This document shows, piece by piece, positions 57,831-64,000 of a stretch of 64,000 nucleotides of DNA. Made by a program: the position numbers and the translations under genes. The notes below the pieces were generated by a model, which saw nothing but the letters and a program-made list of their open reading frames with translations, was not told where the DNA came from and did not search any database. Location: positions 15,585-79,584 of the forward strand of contig UQNF01000003.1 of NCBI GenBank assembly GCA_900542285.1, in the 5' to 3' direction. This DNA comes from an uncultured Clostridium sp. Lineage in GTDB: Bacteria; Bacillota; Clostridia; Christensenellales; CAG-138. Every line of letters starts with the position of its first letter. The first letter of the stretch is position 1.

Positions 57831-58751
57831 ATGATGTTCAGATTTGGTTTTGATATCGGCGGAACAAATATCGCTTATGGGATAGTCGATGAAAGCTATA
57901 GCTTCGTGTATAAGGCTTCGGTTCGCTTTCCGCATTCACCGGCCGCAGAAGTTGCTGAGCTGTTAAATGAACTCGTCATCAGCGGGTGCAAAGATGCCAA
58001 AGTTGCTCTCGATGAAATAGAATTGGTCGGGATCTGCATCCCGGGAAGCATTGATAAGCATCAGGAAGTGGTGATCAATGCATACAATCTGGATTTTCAC
58101 AATGTACCATTCAGGAAGATGGCTGCTGATGCGATAGGCAAACCCGTTCAGTTGATGAACGATGCGGATGCGGCAGCCCTTGCGGAATACGGAATAGGAG
58201 CATTAAGGAACAAGCCCAATTCCATGCTTATAACTATTGGAACAGGCATAGGAGGCGGTATCATTCTTAACGGAGAGCTGTTTCATGGCGGAAACGGAAA
58301 TGGGATCGAGCTTGGTCATGTTCAGATGGATATTCATGGTGAGAGCTGCACTTGCGGTCGCAGGGGCTGCATCGAGACCCTTTGCTCGGCAAGCTATCTT
58401 AACAAAAGGGCTCTGCAGCTCTATGACGACGGCGTTGAAGCATTGTCTCGGTACTGCAGGGACGAGGTTGACGGACGCATTCTTATCGGTGAAGCCAAAA
58501 AGGGCGATAAAGAATGTTTGGCAGTATGGGATCAGTATGTCAACAACCTTGCGGAGGCGTTGGCATCCTACATCAACTTTATTGATCCGGAGTGCATTGC
58601 TGTCGGCGGAGGGGTGAGCAGAGCAGGAGAGTTTTTGCTGAAACCTTTGAGGAAGCTGGCGGCAGAAAAGTGCTTTTTCAGCGATAATCCGCCGGAGATA
58701 GTGTGCGCAGCGCTCGGAAACGACGCCGGTCTGTTGGGGTCGGTAATGTAG
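57831..58751 (+). CDS. ROK-family sugar kinase (glucokinase-like)
   Basis: GFDIGGTNIAYG, GTGIGGGIILNGELFHG..G.G.ELGH, and the zinc motif CTCGRRGCIE. Confidence 0.85.
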   Translation: MMFRFGFDIGGTNIAYGIVDESYSFVYKASVRFPHSPAAEVAELLNELVISGCKDAKVALDEIELVGICIPGSIDKHQEVVINAYNLDFHNVPFRKMAADAIGKPVQLMNDADAAALAEYGIGALRNKPNSMLITIGTGIGGGIILNGELFHGGNGNGIELGHVQMDIHGESCTCGRRGCIETLCSASYLNKRALQLYDDGVEALSRYCRDEVDGRILIGEAKKGDKECLAVWDQYVNNLAEALASYINFIDPECIAVGGGVSRAGEFLLKPLRKLAAEKCFFSDNPPEIVCAALGNDAGLLGSVM

Positions 58752-58781
58752 AACAAATTATCTTGATAGGAGGAAACAATT

Positions 58782-59516
58782 ATGTCAGTTATGTGTGCAG
58801 TGTTTGTGCCGGACGGAATAGTTATGGCCGCAGACAGCCGCCAGACCGTAGGCATTGCGAATGTACAGGTCAAGCCCGGAACTCATCCGGGAGTAAAGCA
58901 GGGTGAACCAAGCCTAATTAACCGCATGGATATGCCGGGACAGCCGCAAATGACACCTATATTCACGCAATCGGATAATGCTCAAAAGGTGATGCTTTTG
59001 AGCAAGGTTAAGGTTGGAATATCGGCCTGCGGCATCGGGATACTTGACGGAAAGACAGTATCGGACTATATAAGGAGCTTCGAGATAGAGGAAGTAACCG
59101 AGCATGACAGCGTTACCGCCGTTGCAAATAAGCTTCAAAAATATGCGTCTAAATTCTTTCCGCAGGTTAACTTCTTTGTTTGCGGATATGATGAGGATGA
59201 GCCGTTTGCGTATACCGTTAACAGAGATATAAAACGCAATAATCTTGAGAACGGGAAGATGCGCTATTCTTCAATATGGTCGGGAGAACAGGCCGCGATA
59301 ACGAAGCTCCTCAACGGTCAGCCGCCGATGATGATTAACCACGCTCTGATGCCGCTTAAGGATGCGATCGATTTTGCAGAGTTTTTGATAGACCTAACGA
59401 TAAAATCACAGCGATTCGAGTTTAAGCCTGCAACCTGCGGCGGCCCGATAGACATATTGGTAATGACAAAGGATCAGCCGTTCTGGTACAGGCACAAGGT
59501 TTATAAGCTGGAATAG
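58782..59516 (+). CDS. Proteasome beta-subunit/HslV-like Ntn-hydrolase fold protein (uncharacterised)
   Basis: MSVMCAVFVPDGIVMAADSRQT aligns with T1-TIVG.K.KDGVVLAADSR.T. Also QKVMLL, FVCGYDEDEPFAYTV, IWSGEQAA and TCGGPIDILVMTKD. Strong RBS AGGAGGA. Confidence 0.5.
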   Translation: MSVMCAVFVPDGIVMAADSRQTVGIANVQVKPGTHPGVKQGEPSLINRMDMPGQPQMTPIFTQSDNAQKVMLLSKVKVGISACGIGILDGKTVSDYIRSFEIEEVTEHDSVTAVANKLQKYASKFFPQVNFFVCGYDEDEPFAYTVNRDIKRNNLENGKMRYSSIWSGEQAAITKLLNGQPPMMINHALMPLKDAIDFAEFLIDLTIKSQRFEFKPATCGGPIDILVMTKDQPFWYRHKVYKLE

Positions 59517-59528
59517 TATTCTGATCCC

Positions 59529-59556
59529 AGGGACTGCATTTGGTGCAGTCCTTTTG
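59529..59556 (+). terminator. Rho-independent terminator
   Basis: Stem GGGACTGCA/TGCAGTCCT followed by TTTG. Confidence 0.7.
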
Positions 59557-59588
59557 CATTACAAAAGAAATCAAGCATATGTTTCTAT

Positions 59589-61004
59589 ATGCCCGGATTG
59601 AAGAAGAAAACATCATACGGCATATTAGTACTGACGCTGTCCAATCTGAGCTTGCAGCTTCTGGGTTTTGCATTCCGCATTATGCTTACAAAGCTTGCAG
59701 GAACAGAAGCGATCGGTCTCAATTCGCTTGTAATGCAGATCTATTCGGTTGCGGTGTCGGTGTGCATTTCGGGCATGAATGTCGCAGTCGTGACGCTGGC
59801 TGCAAGGGTACAGCATCATGGCAGCGGAGCAGTGAGAAAGCTGGCAAGCATTGCGTGCGGAGTCTATCTGGTTCTCTTTCTCTGCATAGCTATCCCGGTT
59901 TTTGCAATGCGAAACGGGATAGCAAATCGTTTGATAGGTGACAGCGGAGTAAGCAATGCGCTGATACTTGTTTTATGCTGTATTTTCCTGACAGGGATAG
60001 AAAACATGTTCAAATCAATACATATCGGAACGGGCAAAGCGCCAACCACAGCTGTTTCCGAATTGGTAGAACAGAGCGCAAGATTCCTGTTTGTTTGGCT
60101 TTTGCTTAAGGGATTAACCGATGGAAGCGACGCAGCGCGAGTTACAGCGATCATTTCCGGAATGGTATTAAGCGAATTCTTCAGCATAGGAACGCTATTG
60201 ATTTCATATGTAAAACACTATATGCAGGCGGATAATGCACCACAAAAATATGGAGAGCTAACGATCGGAAGCTATATGTGCATTTTACTGCCTGCGACCT
60301 TGACGGGAATTGCAAGCACCGCTTTTGAATCCGTATCAACGCTGGTGCTTCCCAACAGATTATTGATTGCCGGCTATACAAGAGAAGGCGCACTGTCGGC
60401 AATAGGCATGTTAAACGGAGTTATCGCCCCTTTTGTAACTATGCCAATGTGCTATATTATGGCAGGGAACAACATCAGGCTTCCGCTGTTGTCAAAAGCA
60501 GTAGGGGAAAAGGACTGCGTACAGATAGCAGGTATAGTTAAGGCAGCAATGCTATCATCCGCTGCGCCTGCGCTTCTGATAAACATCCCTGCAATTCCTC
60601 TGATGCAAAGGCTTATCAGCGTTTTTTTCGGCATCATGCCTCAGCAGCATATTGTAACCCTGCTAACGGTGAAAACGATTATCATTTATTTCCAGGTTAC
60701 ATCGGTTATGATTCTAAACGCAATGATGAAACAGGGAAGGGTATTGCTGTTTGCGGTGATAGGAGAGCTTATGCAGCTCTTGCTAATCTATTATTTGGCA
60801 GCGAATCCGTTTCTGCATGTACTTGGCTATCTTATCTCGATGATAATCGGAGAGGGCTTGCGCCTTGTTTTGAATTTGATCGCAATAACGGTGTCATTAT
60901 CGGAATACAACAAAGAAGGGACGAGCAAAAACCCGTCCCAAGGTTCAGAAGCCAAGAAGGCGATTACTCGGCAAGCGCTTCCATCTCGTCAAGCAGCTCG
61001 TTAA
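59589..61004 (+). CDS. spoVB: MOP/MATE-like polysaccharide or peptidoglycan-precursor flippase (SpoVB-like)
   Basis: 471 aa, about 12-14 TM helices. The N-terminus ...LSLQLLGFAFRIMLTKLAGTEAIGLNSL is typical of SpoVB/MurJ-like proteins. Confidence 0.55.
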   Translation: MPGLKKKTSYGILVLTLSNLSLQLLGFAFRIMLTKLAGTEAIGLNSLVMQIYSVAVSVCISGMNVAVVTLAARVQHHGSGAVRKLASIACGVYLVLFLCIAIPVFAMRNGIANRLIGDSGVSNALILVLCCIFLTGIENMFKSIHIGTGKAPTTAVSELVEQSARFLFVWLLLKGLTDGSDAARVTAIISGMVLSEFFSIGTLLISYVKHYMQADNAPQKYGELTIGSYMCILLPATLTGIASTAFESVSTLVLPNRLLIAGYTREGALSAIGMLNGVIAPFVTMPMCYIMAGNNIRLPLLSKAVGEKDCVQIAGIVKAAMLSSAAPALLINIPAIPLMQRLISVFFGIMPQQHIVTLLTVKTIIIYFQVTSVMILNAMMKQGRVLLFAVIGELMQLLLIYYLAANPFLHVLGYLISMIIGEGLRLVLNLIAITVSLSEYNKEGTSKNPSQGSEAKKAITRQALPSRQAAR

Positions 61005-62766
61005 AGAGCGCAAGCGCATCATTGATCGGCTTGGCGGTCGTCATATCGACGCCTGCGATCTTAAGCAGAGAGATGGGATCGGTGCTGCTTCCGGAGCTCA
61101 GGAATTTCTTGTAGTCGTCGACTGCAGGCTGACCCTCGGTCAGAATGCGATTTGCGATTGCGACTGCGGCAGAGAAGCCCGTAGCATACTGGAATACATA
61201 GAAGTTATAGAAGAAATGAGGTATTCTTGCCCATTCAACGGAGATAAGCTTATCGATCTCGATATCGTCACCAAAGTACTTTTTGTTGAGCTCATAATAC
61301 TTATCGCACATAACATCTGCGGTAAGGGTCTGGCCCTGCTCTGCATACTCGTTCATCCAAAGCTCGAACTCGGCGAACATGGTCTGACGGTAGACGGTCC
61401 CGCGGAATTGTTCGAGGAAATGGTTGATAAGATATGCCTTTTGCTTCTTATCGGTGGTCTTGGAAAGCATATGCTTTACAAGCAGAACTTCATTACAGGT
61501 GGAAGCGACTTCTGCAACAAAAATCACATAATCCCTATAGGGAATGGGCTGGTTATGAACGGAATAATAGGTATGGAGGGAATGACCCATCTCATGAGCA
61601 ATGGTGAACATGCTGTCAAGGGTATCCTTCTGGTTGAGCAGCACATAGGGATGGGGATCGCCTCCGGCAGAGTATGCTCCGCCGCGCTTGCCCTCGTTTT
61701 CATATACGTCGATCCAGCGATTCTCAAAGCCTTCACGAAGCAGCGAAATGTATTCTTCACCAAGGGGAGCAAGACCTTCAAGGATTATTTCCTGCGCCTT
61801 CTCATATGGGATTTCCTCATCAGCGTCAGCGATAATGGGCATATACAGGTCATAGATATGAAGATCTTCAATGCCTGTAAGCTTTTTACGCAGGCTAACA
61901 TATTTATGAAGATAACCAAGGTTGGCATTAACCGCATCAATAAGGTTATGATAGACAGAAACGGGTACTTCCGTGCTGGCAAGCGCTGCTTCGAGGGTGC
62001 TGCCATACCTGCGTGCGCGAGCATTGAAAATTAGTCCCTTTACCTGACCGTCAAGGAATGCCGCAGATGTATTTTTGAAGGAATCAAATGTTCCGTGGAG
62101 GGATTCAAACGCAGCCTTGCGGACAGCCTGATCGGGATTCTCGAGCAAAGGAACATAGGAGCCCTGGGTAACCTGCAGCGTGTTGCCATCGCTGTCGGTG
62201 ATATCGGGGAAACGGAGATCTGCGTTGCGGAAAGCGGAAGCAGTCTCGGAAGGTGCATTGCAAACTTCACCGGAAAGAGCCAGCAGCTTTTCTTCGGCAT
62301 CCGAAAGCACATGATCCTTCTCCTTGAGCATCTTATTGAGCATACGCTCATAAAGACGCAGCTCAGACATCTCGTTCATGAATTCTTCGATACGGCCGTC
62401 AGGCATTGCCAGGATCTCAGGAGTTGAGAAACTTGATGCGCCTGCGATCTGCATATAAAGGTTCATAAAACGACCCTTCATGCCCTGATAAAAACTGTTG
62501 CCGGTGTCCTCGTCAGATTTACGCATACAGTACTCTGCAAGGCGTGTAAGCTTTACGTTCATTTCATCGCCCAACTGCAGAAAATCATAGAGCATTTGCG
62601 CACTGTCACCAAGGTGACCTACGAATGCGGCAAGCTTTTCGGGATAGCTGCGAGCTTCGTTAAGCGCATCCTCCCAAAGTTCATCGGTTGCAAAAATGTC
62701 TTCAAGAGCCCATGTATATTTGGGATCAACTTCGCTTCTCTTGGGAATTACCTTTTGTTTTGCCAT
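60964..62766 (-). CDS. pepF: Oligoendopeptidase F (M3B)
   Basis: MAKQKVIPKRSEVDPKYTWALEDIF..., HEMGHSLH zinc motif. ATG 62766 follows RBS AAAGGA; the track ORF to 63060 is an upstream extension. Confidence 0.92.
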   Translation of the reverse strand: MAKQKVIPKRSEVDPKYTWALEDIFATDELWEDALNEARSYPEKLAAFVGHLGDSAQMLYDFLQLGDEMNVKLTRLAEYCMRKSDEDTGNSFYQGMKGRFMNLYMQIAGASSFSTPEILAMPDGRIEEFMNEMSELRLYERMLNKMLKEKDHVLSDAEEKLLALSGEVCNAPSETASAFRNADLRFPDITDSDGNTLQVTQGSYVPLLENPDQAVRKAAFESLHGTFDSFKNTSAAFLDGQVKGLIFNARARRYGSTLEAALASTEVPVSVYHNLIDAVNANLGYLHKYVSLRKKLTGIEDLHIYDLYMPIIADADEEIPYEKAQEIILEGLAPLGEEYISLLREGFENRWIDVYENEGKRGGAYSAGGDPHPYVLLNQKDTLDSMFTIAHEMGHSLHTYYSVHNQPIPYRDYVIFVAEVASTCNEVLLVKHMLSKTTDKKQKAYLINHFLEQFRGTVYRQTMFAEFELWMNEYAEQGQTLTADVMCDKYYELNKKYFGDDIEIDKLISVEWARIPHFFYNFYVFQYATGFSAAVAIANRILTEGQPAVDDYKKFLSSGSSTDPISLLKIAGVDMTTAKPINDALALFNELLDEMEALAE

Positions 62767-62980
62767 GTTATAGTCCTTTCTCACTGTGGCATAATGCCAA
62801 TATACAACATGATTATAACACAGATACCAGGCTTTGGAAATATATATCTTAGACGCCCGTTTAATACATTGAACGTTTACGGGTTTTTTGAGAATCAAAA
62901 AAGTTTGTTGAAAAAGCGTGTATAAATTCCCTTGATTTCCAAACAATAAAGACAGTTGAACTGACAACAAAGGAGACCGA

Positions 62981-63562
62981 ATGAAAATGAAAGCAACAGG
63001 AATTGTCCGCAGGATCGACGAGCTGGGCCGCGTTGTAATTCCAAAGGAGATAAGGCGCACCCTGAGAATTCGCGAGGGAGATTCCCTTGAGATCTATACG
63101 GACAGGGAAGGCGGCGTTATCCTGAAAAAATATTCTCCGATTGGAGAATTGGGCGATTTTGCTAAGGAATATGCCGAGTCAGTATACCAATCGGTTGGCT
63201 GTATCGTCGTTATTTGCGATAAGGACAGCATTATTGCGGTATCCGGACTAAAACGGGGACAGCAGTCCGCAAACATGGGTATTGCAATCGATAAGCCAAT
63301 TCATACAGACATTGAAAAAGCTATAGTCGAAAGAACCAAGGTAAACCTCAGTTCTTCACGCAATGAAACAATGCTGCGAATAGCGAGCGGCGATTCGGAT
63401 ATGCAATATTGCGCAGAGCTCATCGTTCCCATACTCTCCTCCGGCGACGCGATCGGAGCAGTAATACTCATCTCGGCAGAACCGGGAACGGTGTTTGGTC
63501 AAGCAGAGACAAAGGTTGCCGAAACAGCCGCAAGCTTTATGGGAAAGCAGCTTGAAAACTGA
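62981..63562 (+). CDS. spoVT: Stage V sporulation protein T (AbrB-type N-terminal + GAF-like C-terminal domain)
   Basis: MKATGIVRRIDELGRVVIPKEIRRTLRIREGD.LEIY is the SpoVT/AbrB swapped-hairpin domain. ~190 aa with a GAF-like C-terminus. Confidence 0.9.
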   Translation: MKMKATGIVRRIDELGRVVIPKEIRRTLRIREGDSLEIYTDREGGVILKKYSPIGELGDFAKEYAESVYQSVGCIVVICDKDSIIAVSGLKRGQQSANMGIAIDKPIHTDIEKAIVERTKVNLSSSRNETMLRIASGDSDMQYCAELIVPILSSGDAIGAVILISAEPGTVFGQAETKVAETAASFMGKQLEN

Positions 63563-63564
63563 CC

Positions 63565-64000
63565 GTGACCCCGATCGATGGCATGCCGGACATCTGCCCG
63601 ACATGCTATTGATCTCTCCGACGGAATATTCCGTGTCGATTATAAAATGAAAATATTCAGCTAATCCCCATTCCTCAAGACGTACGATTCGATTATTTAC
63701 TGCGAGCACGCGATCGAAGTTAAAGTAATTAATTCCGTTACCGAATCCCCATATGCTGATATCCGGGTATTGCGGGAATTGGTCATTGTCAACGGCATCA
63801 ATAATTATACTTCCTTCCGTCAACATGAAGCATGAACACGTTTCACCAAACCGTGTGAAGAATGATAAGCGTGCTTCATTAAGCTGTCTAAAGAAATCGA
63901 CTTCATTATCAGCACATTCAGCATCATTGGAATCATTGGCATCGCAGTTAAATGCGTATCCAAGCATGTGAGCGGTGGAGCCGAAGACGCTTTTGAGCCT
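63565..64000 (-). CDS. Hypothetical protein (partial; reading frame stays open to the window edge)
   Basis: The minus-strand ORF has no stop between 64000 and 63356. Its last ~200 nt run antisense through the spoVT 3' end, so the true stop and extent are uncertain. No motif recognised. Confidence 0.3.

Noticed and set aside
60964-61004. 41-nt convergent overlap of the spoVB-like and pepF coding regions
   Set aside because: Short 3'-3' overlaps of convergent genes are common, and there is no additional signal. I judged it not worth a finding.
62767-63060. N-terminal 98-aa extension of the pepF ORF
   Set aside because: The canonical PepF N-terminus (MAKQKVIPKRSEVDPKYTW) starts at ATG 62766 with a good RBS. 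The extension overlaps the spoVT start and promoter region and is hydrophobic junk.

Overview
This 64 kb window looks like chromosome from a spore-forming Clostridia organism. The evidence is spoVAD/spoVAE, spoVT and a spoVB-like gene, plus two proteins with type I dockerin modules, which suggests a Ruminococcus/Oscillospiraceae-like cellulosome or amylosome producer; that taxonomic call is inference only. Most of the window is conserved housekeeping. It includes plsX (partial), the ylxM-ffh-rpsP-KH-rimM-trmD-rplS-rbgA-rnhB-yraN block, gap, a lipoate-protein ligase, tRNA-Pro/tRNA-Thr, engB, an HTH-cupin regulator with potABCD, asnS, nadE, coaW-like, an aminotransferase, pgsA, pcp, trkAH, hemW-lepA, uvrC, a HAD phosphatase, a ROK kinase, pepF and spoVT. 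Three regions stand out. (1) At 36.0-44.7 kb, a minus-strand operon encodes a SipW-type signal peptidase, four TasA/camelysin-like paralogs that share a SipW-class N-terminal motif, a 1084-aa vWA (MIDAS) protein, and a fifth TasA-like protein with an APPTG + TM + basic-tail sorting signal. Upstream lies a 136-bp segment bounded by hix-like palindromic sites whose asymmetric core dinucleotides are inverted (AC vs GT). It carries a near-consensus sigma-70 promoter that currently points away from the operon, and a small serine recombinase gene sits next to it. I read this as a phase-variable, SipW-processed TasA-like fibre or adhesin system captured in the OFF orientation. (2) At 6.9-13.4 kb, a cobalamin riboswitch precedes a dedicated ECF transporter and three extracytoplasmic proteins (two DUF4430-like, one alpha-toroid prenyltransferase-like). 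Together these resemble a split transcobalamin, and one of them carries a dockerin. (3) Smaller items: a self-contained alpha-oxoamine synthase + SDR bicistron, a proteasome-beta-like Ntn hydrolase with Ser2 where Thr1 would be, and a dockerin-bearing HExxH protease. I found no CRISPR array, rRNA, transposase or prophage genes. All protein family calls come from reading motifs by eye; no database search was run.
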